From: Candidatus Binatia bacterium
GTDB taxonomy: Bacteria > Desulfobacterota > Binatia > UBA9968
Length of the DNA: 64,000 nucleotides
Assembly (NCBI GenBank): GCA_036378835.1
Contig: DASUVS010000031.1
Location: forward strand, 7,002 to 71,001
Direction: 5' to 3'
In this document: one piece after another, positions 32,397 through 42,604 of the stretch
Position numbering within the stretch: position 1 is the stretch's first letter
How the letters are laid out: each line of letters starts with the position of its first letter
Position numbers and translations under genes: made by a program
The notes under the pieces: generated by a model
The model's input: the letters and a program-made list of their open reading frames with translations, nothing else
The model's database searches: none
What the model was told of the DNA's origin: nothing

Positions 32397-34112
32397 ATGT
32401 CGCTAAAGGAAAAAGCTTCTCCAGCTAGCTTTCTCAACTATACGCCGGTGCCGCTGGCCTTTGGCACCAGCGGCTTACGCGGTCTGGTCAAAGACATTAC
32501 CGATCTCGAGGCTTACATCAATGTCAAAGGTGCGCTGCGATACCTCCTGAGCATTGGCGACATGGCGGCACCCCGCAAAGTCGTTCTGGCTGGTGATCTG
32601 CGCCCGAGCACCGATCGCATTATGAGAGCCTGTATGCAGGCGATGCTTGACTGCGGTTGTTCTGTCGAGAATGCCGGCAAGATTCCGACGCCGGCGTTGA
32701 TTTCACGCGCGATGGCCAGCCGGTGTGCGGGGGTGATGGTAAGCGGCAGCCATATCCCATTCGATCGTAACGGCATTAAAATCAACAAGAGCATTGGGGA
32801 AATACTCAAAGCAGACGAGCCGGGCATTCTTCGTGAGGTGGAGCGCGTCCGGGAGGAAGAGTATAACCGGACGGCGGCGACATCAGCATTCAATGCCGAC
32901 GGGATGCTCAAGCAAGCGCCGAATTTACCGCCACTCGATCGCCGGGCGGAGGAAGCTTACGTCCGCCGTTACACGGATAGCTTTAACAACAACGGCCTGT
33001 CAGGACTGCGCGTGCTTATTTATCAGCACTCGGCCGTTGGCCGTGACATTTTGCCTCGTATACTGACCGAACTAGGCGCCGCAGTGATTGCCGCCGGCCG
33101 CAGCGATCGGTTCATCCCCATAGACACCGAAAACATCAGCGGCGAACAGTTGGATGATCTCGAAAAAATGATTTCCGGCGTTGAAGCCGATGGCCAGCCA
33201 TTTGAGGCTGTTTTATCCACAGACGGTGATTCGGATCGGCCCTTGGTGGTCGCCGTGCTGCCTACCGCCCAAGTTCCTCGGGGCGGTAGGCGGGTGCGGT
33301 TTTTGCCCGGCGATCTCGTAGGCATCATCACTGCCGAATATCTCGGAGCGGATGCGGTGGCGGTGCCGGTCAGCGCCAACGACGCGGTGGAGCGAAGAAT
33401 GGACGCGCGCGGCATTCTGCTGCGTAAGACAAAAATCGGCTCGCCCTACGTTGTTGCGGCGCTTGACGAAATCCGACTAACGGGAAAGCGCGGGCGAGTT
33501 GTCGGCTGGGAAGCCAATGGGGGGTTTTTAACCGGCAGCGATATTAGATTAGCCGCGGGCACACTGAGCGCGCTGCCGACGCGCGATTCGACACTACCGA
33601 TCCTGGCCAATCTATTCGCCGCAGCCGAGCGAAACATCAGCCTGGCCGAATTGTGGAACCTGCTGCCGGCTCGGTTCGGCTGCGCCGGTTTGGTCGACAA
33701 TTTTCCTCTGGCGGCGAGCCAGGCAATTCTCACAAAACTGATTCCGCCCGGCGGATTGATCGAAGTTGAATTCGACGCCGCGGGAGACGTTTTCGATCGC
33801 AGCACCGCCGCCAACACCGCTGCGCCGCTTGCCCCATCTCTGGCAAGAGATTGGCGGCACGCCAAAATGACCTTGAACCGTTTCTTCACCCCCGCTCAGG
33901 GCTTCGATGACATCGCTCGGATTAATGTACTCGACGGCGTGCGCATTTACTTCCGCAACGGCGATGTTGCGCACGTGAGACCATCGGGGAACGCGCCACA
34001 GCTACGGCTCTATGCCAACAGCGACTCCCAAGCACGCGCCGAGGAAATCCGCGAGCTCGCTTTGCGTGAACCGGATGGCATTTTGCGCCAATTGGAGCGA
34101 GCGTTTACCTGA
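32397..34112 (+). CDS. Alpha-D-phosphohexomutase family (phosphomannomutase/phosphoglucomutase)
   Basis: Active-site 'SGSHIPFDRNG' and Mg-binding 'STDGDSDRP'. Confidence 0.85.
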   Translation: MSLKEKASPASFLNYTPVPLAFGTSGLRGLVKDITDLEAYINVKGALRYLLSIGDMAAPRKVVLAGDLRPSTDRIMRACMQAMLDCGCSVENAGKIPTPALISRAMASRCAGVMVSGSHIPFDRNGIKINKSIGEILKADEPGILREVERVREEEYNRTAATSAFNADGMLKQAPNLPPLDRRAEEAYVRRYTDSFNNNGLSGLRVLIYQHSAVGRDILPRILTELGAAVIAAGRSDRFIPIDTENISGEQLDDLEKMISGVEADGQPFEAVLSTDGDSDRPLVVAVLPTAQVPRGGRRVRFLPGDLVGIITAEYLGADAVAVPVSANDAVERRMDARGILLRKTKIGSPYVVAALDEIRLTGKRGRVVGWEANGGFLTGSDIRLAAGTLSALPTRDSTLPILANLFAAAERNISLAELWNLLPARFGCAGLVDNFPLAASQAILTKLIPPGGLIEVEFDAAGDVFDRSTAANTAAPLAPSLARDWRHAKMTLNRFFTPAQGFDDIARINVLDGVRIYFRNGDVAHVRPSGNAPQLRLYANSDSQARAEEIRELALREPDGILRQLERAFT

Positions 34113-34138
34113 TGCGCCAGCATGGCCGTTTTTTGCCC

Positions 34139-35182
34139 TTACAATCCTAGCGCCGGTCTCACCTTGGTCGCAAACAGCTCGATGGACCGGGTCACTTGAT
34201 CATGACTTAAGCCGCCGAAGCTGAACATTCCCACTAGGCTGTCGGGCTTTGCGGTTTCAATCATTGCCCGCGCTTTGGCTAGCACCGTCTGCGGACTGCC
34301 GATCAGTGACGTGCCCCATTGATCCAGGCGCTTGACCGTCAGCCCGCCGGGAAAATAGGGAAACCGTTCGGTAAACTTCGGCAAGTCGTCCGCTGAAACC
34401 GAATCACCGCGCCAGACATTATCGGTAGCCAGCTGCCAAAAACGAACGAGTTGCGGCACCGCTTCTTCCCACGCCTGTTCGTCGGTTTCCGCAACGTAGA
34501 TATCGCGCACCATGATGGCATCGCCGTTGCCCGATAAATTTTTATGTTTGGTCCGTTCGTCCCGATAGGATCGGATGGCCTGGGCACAGTTGGCGAGCGG
34601 TTGGCGTGAAAGCGCCAGGTTCCAACCGCGCCGCGCCACCATGGCAGGGCTGTCGGGCGAAGTGGCGCCATAATAGATCGGCGGATGCGGACGCTGCAGA
34701 GGTCGGGGGCGGCAAACGATATCGACGTAATTCCAAGCCTTACCGCTGTAACTGAAAGTCTCTTCGGTCCAGGAGCGCATCATGATCTCGATTCCTTCTT
34801 CGAAGCGCGCCTGCGCCGTGTCACGGTCGAGTCCATGCTTTAAGTCATCACGGGGCACCCCCCGTCCCAACCCGACATTCAACCTTCCGCCCGTGAGGAT
34901 GTCCAACATGCCGCACTCTTCCGCGAGGCGCATGGGATCGTATAGCGGCAGGACGTTAACCAGATTGCCGAGCCGCAGTCGTTTGGTCCGGTGCGCCAAT
35001 GAGGCGATCATCAGGTTGGGTGACGCAATCAGGCCGTAGTCCGAGTGGTGGTGTTCGGCAAACCATGCTTCATCAAAGCCGAGCCGTTCGGTCAAGAGAA
35101 TTTGTTCGAGCAGTTCTTCAAACGCTTGTTTCTCCGAAACCCATGGCCGTGCCTGATTATAACTAAATGTCCCAAATCGCAT
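34139..35182 (-). CDS. LLM-class (luciferase-like) flavin-dependent oxidoreductase
   Basis: 'GFDEAWFAEHH', 'LDILTGGRLNVGLGRG'. Confidence 0.85.
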   Translation of the reverse strand: MRFGTFSYNQARPWVSEKQAFEELLEQILLTERLGFDEAWFAEHHHSDYGLIASPNLMIASLAHRTKRLRLGNLVNVLPLYDPMRLAEECGMLDILTGGRLNVGLGRGVPRDDLKHGLDRDTAQARFEEGIEIMMRSWTEETFSYSGKAWNYVDIVCRPRPLQRPHPPIYYGATSPDSPAMVARRGWNLALSRQPLANCAQAIRSYRDERTKHKNLSGNGDAIMVRDIYVAETDEQAWEEAVPQLVRFWQLATDNVWRGDSVSADDLPKFTERFPYFPGGLTVKRLDQWGTSLIGSPQTVLAKARAMIETAKPDSLVGMFSFGGLSHDQVTRSIELFATKVRPALGL

Positions 35183-35383
35183 CCCTGCTCCTCCCGAGAT
35201 GATCTTGTGTGCAAATCTACCCGCATCACTTCAGTGAAACTCACCCGTGCGCATCTATCAAGCGGATTCCGGCTTAGCGGAGTCTACAAAACCGCGCGGC
35301 GAACAGGCCGCCGGCCAATGTCGTGCCCAATCTGGATCTGCCCATCGCATCGCCGCTATCGCACCGTCACTTTTCCAATGCGA

Positions 35384-35866
35384 TCACATGCCGAGCCAGC
35401 TCTGAATTGCGCCGGCCTCAAACTGTATTCGCACGAGCCATTGAAAGAGCCCATAAAAAAGCATCCCGGTGATTCCCGTCAGAGCGATCGACTTGGTCCA
35501 GCTCACTTCGCTTTGGAATTTTAGAAAAAAGAACACAAACAGCGGAACAGTCCACGGGAATCCTACTAGATAGACCGCCAGGATAAACGCGGCCATCCAG
35601 GAGAACATCGTAATAACCCGCCGGCGCGCAACTTCGGGCGGGACTTCATTGGAAAACTCCGCCTCGACCGCGGGGCCTTTGTTCCTTTCAGGCGCGCCAA
35701 ACAGTTCCAAATAGCAATGCAGAAGGGTTAAGCCGAGGAGCGGGATGGCTACGGCTAAGGGGAAGAAACCAGTTTTAAACGACCACTGCGATGCGGCATA
35801 AATGGCGTACCCCGAGACCAAAATAAGGAAAGTGCCAAAATAAAAATGACCTTTGGACTTCATCAA
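35384..35866 (-). CDS. tctB: Tripartite tricarboxylate transporter small subunit TctB
   Basis: 160-aa 4-TM protein overlapping the tctA stop by 4 nt. Confidence 0.75.
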   Translation of the reverse strand: MMKSKGHFYFGTFLILVSGYAIYAASQWSFKTGFFPLAVAIPLLGLTLLHCYLELFGAPERNKGPAVEAEFSNEVPPEVARRRVITMFSWMAAFILAVYLVGFPWTVPLFVFFFLKFQSEVSWTKSIALTGITGMLFYGLFQWLVRIQFEAGAIQSWLGM

Positions 35867-37368
35867 TCACCATCGCCGGACCAAGCAGGCTTCTCGCGCA
35901 GAAAGGGATAAACGATCACCAACACCATCAGCGCCATCAAAACTATCACGAGCGGATGGGTCAGCCAGTCAAATCCGTAGCGCGCCACCGAAATGAATAG
36001 ATAAGTTTCCACCAGTTTTCCCAGAACAAGTCCCAAAACGAGTGGCGGGCGCGGCCAGCCCCAAATGACCATCAGATAGCCGAGCACGCCGAAGCAGAAA
36101 GTCACGATCAAATCGGAGAGTTGTCCATTGGCGGTGTAGCTGCCGACGAAGACCAGTAATAATACAAACGGGATGATGACACCGCCTCTTATGTAAGTTA
36201 CCTTGGCGAGTTGGTTGAGAACAGCCAGCGACAGGAGGACGGTGATGATATTGGCGATCGCTAATGTCCAGACCATCGAGTAGGTTACCGCGAGATGTTT
36301 GCTCAACATATCGGGCCCGGGCACCAGCCCCATGATCATAAATGCGCCGAGCAGGATTGCCATGGCTCCGCTGCCGGGCACGCCGAATGCGATGGTCGGC
36401 ACGAGATCGCCGCCTTCTTTCGAGTTGTTCGCCGCTCCCGGCCCGAGCACGCCGCGTACATCGCCTTTGCCGAAGCGTTCCCGATCCTTGGAATCTTTCG
36501 CGCTCTGCACGGCGTGAGCGTAGGCCATCCACTGCGCCACACCGCCGCCCGCTCCGGGCATCACGCCGACGAAAACTCCCACTGCGGAACAACGAACCAC
36601 GAGCCAAAAATGCCGAAAGGTATCTTTGATGCCTTCCATGACTCCACGCCCGAGGTTTTCCGCGGGTCGATCCCCGGCAATCGAAGTGCCGCGCACGGCC
36701 AGATCGACGAGCTCCGGAATCGCAAAAATTCCCACCAGCACCGGCACCAGATCGAGACCTTCCCAGAGATACATCAATCCCATGTCAAAACGGAGCGAGC
36801 CGGACTGTCGCTCCTGACCTATGGTGGAAAGCAGAAGACCGAAAAGCCCCATCGCGAAGCCGCGAATCTGCCCGCGCAAACCCAAACCGCTGAGCGACGT
36901 GATGCAGGCGATGCCGATCATCGAGAGGAAGAACAGCTCCGGAGAACCGAATGTCAGAACCAACGGGCGGACGACGGGGATGGCTAATGCCAGAGCAACG
37001 GCGCCGATGAGCGCGCCTACCAGAGAACTCATCAGCGCGGCGCCCAGCGCCCGGCCGGCTTCGCCGTTTTTCGCCATTGGGTAACCATCGACTACAGTGG
37101 CCGCCGAGAGACCTTCGCCCGGAACACCAAAAAGAATCGACGTGATATCGCCAGTCGTGGCCGCGACAGAATGCATGCCGAGTAGAAATGCGAACGCCTC
37201 GGCCGGGCTCATTTTAAATACGAACGGAATCATCAACGCCAAAGTCGCCGCGCCGCCAATACCGGGCAGCAGGCCGACGCAAAATCCGAGGCCCATACCG
37301 AGGAGCATCAAGCTGAAAGCTTTCCACTGCAGCACGAGGGACAGACCGTCGATGAGAGCCTCGAACAT
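35863..37368 (-). CDS. tctA: Tripartite tricarboxylate transporter permease TctA
   Basis: 501-aa polytopic protein with TctA-like sequence ('GLLPGIGG', 'GVMPGAGG'). Confidence 0.88.
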   Translation of the reverse strand: MFEALIDGLSLVLQWKAFSLMLLGMGLGFCVGLLPGIGGAATLALMIPFVFKMSPAEAFAFLLGMHSVAATTGDITSILFGVPGEGLSAATVVDGYPMAKNGEAGRALGAALMSSLVGALIGAVALALAIPVVRPLVLTFGSPELFFLSMIGIACITSLSGLGLRGQIRGFAMGLFGLLLSTIGQERQSGSLRFDMGLMYLWEGLDLVPVLVGIFAIPELVDLAVRGTSIAGDRPAENLGRGVMEGIKDTFRHFWLVVRCSAVGVFVGVMPGAGGGVAQWMAYAHAVQSAKDSKDRERFGKGDVRGVLGPGAANNSKEGGDLVPTIAFGVPGSGAMAILLGAFMIMGLVPGPDMLSKHLAVTYSMVWTLAIANIITVLLSLAVLNQLAKVTYIRGGVIIPFVLLLVFVGSYTANGQLSDLIVTFCFGVLGYLMVIWGWPRPPLVLGLVLGKLVETYLFISVARYGFDWLTHPLVIVLMALMVLVIVYPFLREKPAWSGDGD

Positions 37369-37625
37369 GGTTCAGCTACTCCAATTCTCTTACCAGAGCG
37401 CACTTACTAGCCTAAAGCGCAAACGTTTGCTTCAGGCACAACTTGCGGCGCGACTATAGTGAATGACCAACGACACGTCAAACAAAACCTAAGTTTGAAC
37501 GGTTCAAGCAGGAGAGGTCGCTTAGGATACAATCGAAATACGTGTCAGCCAAAATCACACCGGAGTTATCAAAATTATTGACCCCGATCTCACGCGAATG
37601 TTAAGACTCGGAAGAGGAGCACACC

Positions 37626-38429
37626 ATGGCAAAACTGGTTTTAGCAGCGGGAGTTCCGCATCCGCCGCGGCTGGTCTACGAGATGGCGCAAGCGCCGGGA
37701 AAAACGCGCGGAGAAGCGCTCATGAAGCAGGTTCGCGAACAGGTGGAAAAGGCCGAGCCCGATTTGATCATCGAGGTTGACAGCGATCATTTCGTGAACT
37801 TTTTCTATAACAACTTACCATCGTTTTGTGTGGGCATGGCGGAGGAAGCCGAAGGCCCGCAGGAGACTTGGTGCCCGATGCCTCGTTATACGGTGCGCGG
37901 CAACGTGCCGTTGGCCAAGGCACTGTTTAAATACGGGGTCCATAATCGATTCGATCTTGCCGCCGCCCACGAGCTGCGTCTGGATCACTCGTTGGTGGTG
38001 CCGCTGCACTTTCTCAATCCAGGGATGGAGCTCCCGGTGGTGCCGATCTATACCAACGGCTTTGCATCGCCCTTGCCGTTGGCGAGTCGATGCTTGGCTC
38101 TGGGCCGCATGCTGCGGAAGTTTATCGAAGCGTGGGAAGGCAAAGAGCGGATCGCGCTCATCGCCAGCGGCTGTTTCGCTATGGATGTGGGCGGGCCGCT
38201 GCGCGGCTGGACCGATACAGAATGGGCGGAAACGATTTCCTCGCTGCTGCTCAAAGGACGTTACCGAACCTTGGCTCATCGCGCCACCGAAGATCGCATC
38301 AACGCCGCCGGCAACAATAGCGGCGAGCTGCTCAACTGGATCACCGTTAGCGGCGCGGTCGGCAGGACCCGGCCGCTGTTTTTGGAAGGCGACGAGGGCA
38401 ACGGTTATGCGGTGTGGAAGTTCGAGTGA
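37626..38429 (+). CDS. Class III extradiol ring-cleavage dioxygenase, LigB-like catalytic subunit
   Basis: 'AAGVPHPP', 'DSDHFVNFFYNNLPSFCVG'. LigB-family layout. Confidence 0.8.
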   Translation: MAKLVLAAGVPHPPRLVYEMAQAPGKTRGEALMKQVREQVEKAEPDLIIEVDSDHFVNFFYNNLPSFCVGMAEEAEGPQETWCPMPRYTVRGNVPLAKALFKYGVHNRFDLAAAHELRLDHSLVVPLHFLNPGMELPVVPIYTNGFASPLPLASRCLALGRMLRKFIEAWEGKERIALIASGCFAMDVGGPLRGWTDTEWAETISSLLLKGRYRTLAHRATEDRINAAGNNSGELLNWITVSGAVGRTRPLFLEGDEGNGYAVWKFE

Positions 38430-38612
38430 GGTTGATTATTGTTAATTTCGTCGTCGGTGACTTCGCGTTTCTCGATCACTCGATTCCTTGCGCGGCAGGG
38501 GGAGGAATGAGGTGTGAGTTAAGGATAGGCTTGTCATGGTAACCTATGCGCTCGAACAGCGGTGTAAGACGAAGCCAGCAGCAGGGTGCCAGACTGAAGA
38601 AAGAGCATTACG

Positions 38613-38930
38613 ATGAGCGTCTTTCAAGTCAACAAACTTTTATATCTGACCGACAACGACCCGGAGCTTCGCAAACGCATGTTAGCGGATCCGGAAGCGG
38701 TCCTGAGGGAGTTCCGATTGACGGCGGAGGAACGTGATGCGTTGACTTCAGGCGCGGTGGGGAAACTTTACCAGATGGGGGTTCATACCTTTCTTCTCAA
38801 TCATCTCTATCGCTACCAGCTCTTCGGCGTAAACCGCGATAACTATCTAGAGCGCATCCGCGAAGGCATGCCTTACGATCCGCGCTTCGAACTGGGCAAT
38901 ATGCCGGTGCAGCGATTCATCAACAAATAA
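38613..38930 (+). CDS. LigA-like small subunit (aromatic ring-opening dioxygenase alpha chain)
   Basis: 'VNKLLYLTDNDPELRKRMLADPEAVLREFRLTAEERDAL' resembles the LigA domain, and the gene is adjacent to a LigB-like gene. Confidence 0.7.
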   Translation: MSVFQVNKLLYLTDNDPELRKRMLADPEAVLREFRLTAEERDALTSGAVGKLYQMGVHTFLLNHLYRYQLFGVNRDNYLERIREGMPYDPRFELGNMPVQRFINK

Positions 38931-38950
38931 ACTCATTTAGCGTAGCTTGT

Positions 38951-39030
38951 CCGAACGGCCTGAACCGGTGAACCTTGCAGCACACGGCAACGCTTCGCTC
39001 AAAAGTTAAAACCGTTCAAGCCGTTCAATA
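38951..39030. repeat. GTTCAA-family inverted repeat between convergent genes (possible bidirectional terminator)
   Basis: 'cgaacggcctgaaccggtgaacc' … 'ccgttcaagccgttcaata'. The arms are near-complementary. Confidence 0.6.
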
Positions 39031-39059
39031 CCTTAGAACAGAGATCGTGATTCGCGCCG

Positions 39060-40073
39060 TCAGCTTTCCGCCTTGATATACTTGCCCATTTCTTTCAAAG
39101 TTTCAGGCGTTTGGTTGAGTAGCGCGGTGAAATCTTTGATCACTTGCTCGTGCGATATGAAACTGACGTCGATCTTCGCCTTCTGCGCTTCGGCGATAAG
39201 TTCCGGATCGTTGACTGCCTTCTGAAGAGCGTCGCGCAATGTCGCCACCCGATCGGCCGGAGTACCGGGAGCTGCGGCAAAGGCGCGGCCGATGGACTGG
39301 GGTATCGATTTGATCGCCATTAAGGATTTTCCCAGCGGGCTGGTAGCCAGATCTTCGTCCACTGGCAGATTCTCAAACCCCTTGATCGCTACCCTGCCGC
39401 GCACCAGCGGCCGAACTACGCCGCGGTCGGCGGCAAGTTTGATGGTTGTCGCCAACGCCGACCATGAGTCGACCTCCTTGCGCTCGATGGCTAATAACAC
39501 ATCGCTGTTGGCTGGGTAGCCGGAGACGAGTTTTAGCTTGACCCCGGCGAATTCTTTTAGCAGCAACGGAATATCGTGGGCGTTGGATCCGGGTCCGGTG
39601 GTGCCGGCAACCAACTCCCGGTCAGCCTTTTTCAACTCATCGAAAGTCTTGTAAGGGAGATCCGATCGGATCGAAAAAGCACTCCCGTCCGCCCCGGAAG
39701 AACCGAGCCACTGAAACTTCCGCACATCAAAGCGAACCTGTTCCACTTTCGACAGTTGCGCGATCGCCACGTTGGGATTGGCGGCAAGGATAGTCAGACC
39801 GTCGGGCTTGGCGCTGTTGAAGACGCTGTTGGTTGCCAGCAGGTGCGCCGCGCCGGGCATCTGCTGAACGATGACGGCCGGTTTGCCGGGAATATGCTTG
39901 CCCAGATGGTGCGCGACGATTTGGGCCGCGATGGCAAGGCTGCCGCTCTTGGCGCCGATCACAACATTGATTGTTTTTCCCTCGTAGAAGTTGGCTTGAC
40001 CCGCCGCCGGCGCGACGCAGACCACCAACCAACTCAAACAGGTGAGAGCTCTCAATGCCTTATGGTATCTCAT
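39060..40073 (-). CDS. tctC: Bug/TctC-family periplasmic substrate-binding protein
   Basis: Signal peptide after the ATG at 40073 (GGAGG RBS). TctC-like 'HLGKHIPGKPAVIVQQMPG', 'AKPDGLT'. Confidence 0.8.
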   Translation of the reverse strand: MRYHKALRALTCLSWLVVCVAPAAGQANFYEGKTINVVIGAKSGSLAIAAQIVAHHLGKHIPGKPAVIVQQMPGAAHLLATNSVFNSAKPDGLTILAANPNVAIAQLSKVEQVRFDVRKFQWLGSSGADGSAFSIRSDLPYKTFDELKKADRELVAGTTGPGSNAHDIPLLLKEFAGVKLKLVSGYPANSDVLLAIERKEVDSWSALATTIKLAADRGVVRPLVRGRVAIKGFENLPVDEDLATSPLGKSLMAIKSIPQSIGRAFAAAPGTPADRVATLRDALQKAVNDPELIAEAQKAKIDVSFISHEQVIKDFTALLNQTPETLKEMGKYIKAES

Positions 40074-40310
40074 AGAGTTTCCTCCAACGTTTGCTTTCCC
40101 GTAAACTTTTCCGGCGGTCATCTCAGGGTTTCTACCCTGTCCTTTAACCGCCGCAAGGCTATTTGATTGTGGGTGTTGGAGTCAAGCGAGTTTTTTGTGG
40201 ATGAAAGCCCGCGAGGCGGGATGCCGTGGAAAGCTAGTCATTCTAGCATGGCAGTGAAGCCCAATGTCATCCGGCAGGGTTGAGAACGCGCACTGGCGGA
40301 ATTAGCGAAA

Positions 40311-40934
40311 TTATTTTGACTTCGGGGCTGGATCGCTGGCGCGCGACAAGGTCGAAGTGAGAATTTTCAGGTTTTCGCTTTTCTCGATGTAGCGCACGAA
40401 CAGGTACTTGTTTTCCTGCGAATCCAAAGCCGCCGCCGGGACGTCGCCCGCGCCCGCTTCGACTTTTGCCAGGATGAAGTAAAGATCATTGCTCTTCAAG
40501 GCGCGTAAGAATCCTTTTTCGAATTCATCCATGGTTCTGGCGGTAATCACATTGGCAAAGCCGGCGCCGCGCGCAATTGCCGCCAGGTCAGCCTGCCCGG
40601 CTGTTGCGGTCGGGGCGCCGCGCGAGGATTCGTAACATTCATTGTCGAAGACCACGTGAATCAAATTCTTCGGATGCTGATTGGCCATGGTTGCTAGGGC
40701 ACCAAGGTTTAGCAGCAAAGAGCCGTCGCCATCGAAGGCGATGACCTTGCGGTGCGGCAGCGCCAAAGCCAGACCGAGTGCCATGGAGGAGGTGAGTCCG
40801 AGGTTTTGTAGATGGTAGTTGGCCGGATGGGGCCTCAGCGCTTGCCATTCGTGGCGCACAGCGCCGATATTGGTGACCACCAGTTCTTCGCCGAATTGCG
40901 GCGCGATGGCGCGAAGACAATCGTATCGTTTCAT
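40311..40934 (-). CDS. TPP-dependent decarboxylase beta subunit (sulfopyruvate/phosphonopyruvate decarboxylase-like)
   Basis: TPP-binding C-terminal domain ('FDGDGSLLLNLGAL…N'). Pairs with the upstream alpha subunit. Confidence 0.7.
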   Translation of the reverse strand: MKRYDCLRAIAPQFGEELVVTNIGAVRHEWQALRPHPANYHLQNLGLTSSMALGLALALPHRKVIAFDGDGSLLLNLGALATMANQHPKNLIHVVFDNECYESSRGAPTATAGQADLAAIARGAGFANVITARTMDEFEKGFLRALKSNDLYFILAKVEAGAGDVPAAALDSQENKYLFVRYIEKSENLKILTSTLSRASDPAPKSK

Positions 40935-40938
40935 CAGA

Positions 40939-41439
40939 CTACCTCAGAGCTTGTTTGTTGAGCACAATGGCGGTGGGTCGCCGCGAGGAGCGCGCCAGGA
41001 TCTGACTATCGCGAATCGTTGGACGGATATCGTCAAAGCAGCCGACTTTTTCATAGAGAATATGCATCGCTTGCAACACTGGCTCGGTTAAACTTCCGAC
41101 GGTTGCATGACCGGCGTTTTCTTCGCCGACGCCGCCGCTGTGACCGATCAGCATCAATACTGGGATGCCTGGATGAATACAGACCGTCGCCAAAGCATTG
41201 GCGGACAAGAGGAAGCCGGCGTTCATCATCACCATCGCCGGTTTTTTGCCGCCCAGATAAGCGCCCGCGCAAATGCCGATCCCTTCTTCCTCGCGAGTGA
41301 CCGGCACATGATGGATTTCCGTATCCTCGCCCAAAGCCATCACCAGGTCATGCAAATTTGCTTCGGTTAAGGTTGCGACGAAGTCGATTCCGGCTTCTTT
41401 AAGAGAATCGACGATCTCCGCCGCTACTTCTCGTTTCAT
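40939..41439 (-). CDS. TPP-dependent decarboxylase alpha subunit (ComD-like, pyrimidine-binding domain)
   Basis: 'REEEGIGICAGAYLGGKKPAMVMMNAG'. Split two-gene architecture. Confidence 0.7.
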   Translation of the reverse strand: MKREVAAEIVDSLKEAGIDFVATLTEANLHDLVMALGEDTEIHHVPVTREEEGIGICAGAYLGGKKPAMVMMNAGFLLSANALATVCIHPGIPVLMLIGHSGGVGEENAGHATVGSLTEPVLQAMHILYEKVGCFDDIRPTIRDSQILARSSRRPTAIVLNKQALR

Positions 41440-41448
41440 ATCTTCCTC

Positions 41449-42441
41449 CTACTGCATTCGTTTGCGTGCTCGGTTGAGTAGCTCGACGTCGATGTATTTC
41501 TCGGCTTTGGGCCTGATCTTGCCTTTGAAATCACCTAACTGCTCGAGGATGTCGAGTACGACTTCGGTCCCGGGAACCGTCATTGCGCCATCCGCGGGGA
41601 TCACTTTATCGCGCACCCAATACTCATAAACTCGTTCCGCATGATCGGATTGAACTTTGAAAAAATCGCGGATGATCGTCAACGTTCCGGAGCGGTTTTC
41701 GTACACATAGCGGTTGGCGCGCAGCAGAGCAAGTAAGTAGTCCTCGGTGAGTTTGGGATTTTGATAGATCCATGGCCGTCGAGCCGACAGGGCGGTGAAC
41801 TGCACGGCTGGAATATAATCTCTCAGCTCACCCAGGATCTTGAAGCCCTGCTCGACTGCGACGTAGCTGATCGGCGGATTGAGCACCCCCGCCGAGGTGG
41901 CTCCGGTCTTGATGGCTGCCAGGCGATCGCTGGTGCCGCCGACTTCCACGAGTGTATAGTCGCGCGGATAACTAAGGCCATGGGCGCTTAGCATCTTCTG
42001 CAGTAGAAGTGTGCTCGAGGAATTAATTCCGGAAACTCCCAATGTCGTGCCGCGCAGCTCTTCGATTGAGCGAATTTTTTTATCGGCGACCAGATCGTAC
42101 GCTGCCGAGTTGGCCAGGCCGGACAGCATTGTCAAGTCAGCGCCGCGCTCGACCGCGCGAATCAGCGGATCGGGAGCCTGCGCGCTGAGTTCGATAGAAC
42201 CGGCGACCAAAGCTTGAATCTGCCGCGCCGCTGAACGCATGACTATGATCTCGTTGAAGATCTGTTGTTCTTTGAAGAAACCGCGCCGATCGGCAATGTA
42301 AAGACTCAGATTGGTCATCCCCGGCGAAGTCACCGCGACGCGGACGCGCCGCAGTTCTTGCGCGGCGACGGGTACGAGCAAGGCGAATTGGTGATGGAAG
42401 GTTAGGAGAACAACGATCCCAAGAAGCCAGCGTCCATGCAT
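41449..42441 (-). CDS. NMT1/SsuA-like ABC substrate-binding protein
   Basis: Signal peptide, and sequence resembling the other NMT1/SsuA-type binding proteins in this window. Confidence 0.7.
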   Translation of the reverse strand: MHGRWLLGIVVLLTFHHQFALLVPVAAQELRRVRVAVTSPGMTNLSLYIADRRGFFKEQQIFNEIIVMRSAARQIQALVAGSIELSAQAPDPLIRAVERGADLTMLSGLANSAAYDLVADKKIRSIEELRGTTLGVSGINSSSTLLLQKMLSAHGLSYPRDYTLVEVGGTSDRLAAIKTGATSAGVLNPPISYVAVEQGFKILGELRDYIPAVQFTALSARRPWIYQNPKLTEDYLLALLRANRYVYENRSGTLTIIRDFFKVQSDHAERVYEYWVRDKVIPADGAMTVPGTEVVLDILEQLGDFKGKIRPKAEKYIDVELLNRARKRMQ

Positions 42442-42604
42442 ACGGCAATTCCTGCTTTGCTATACTCAAGCCAAGGCGATGACGCAAGAGATTTATATGT
42501 GTGTGCCGTCGCGCGCGCTGGTTTTTCGAAGCAGTTTCTACCGGTATAAGAAAGATATGGCCAGGCGCTGTGATCAAGCCGTTCTACGGCTCTAAGGTTG
42601 GCGA

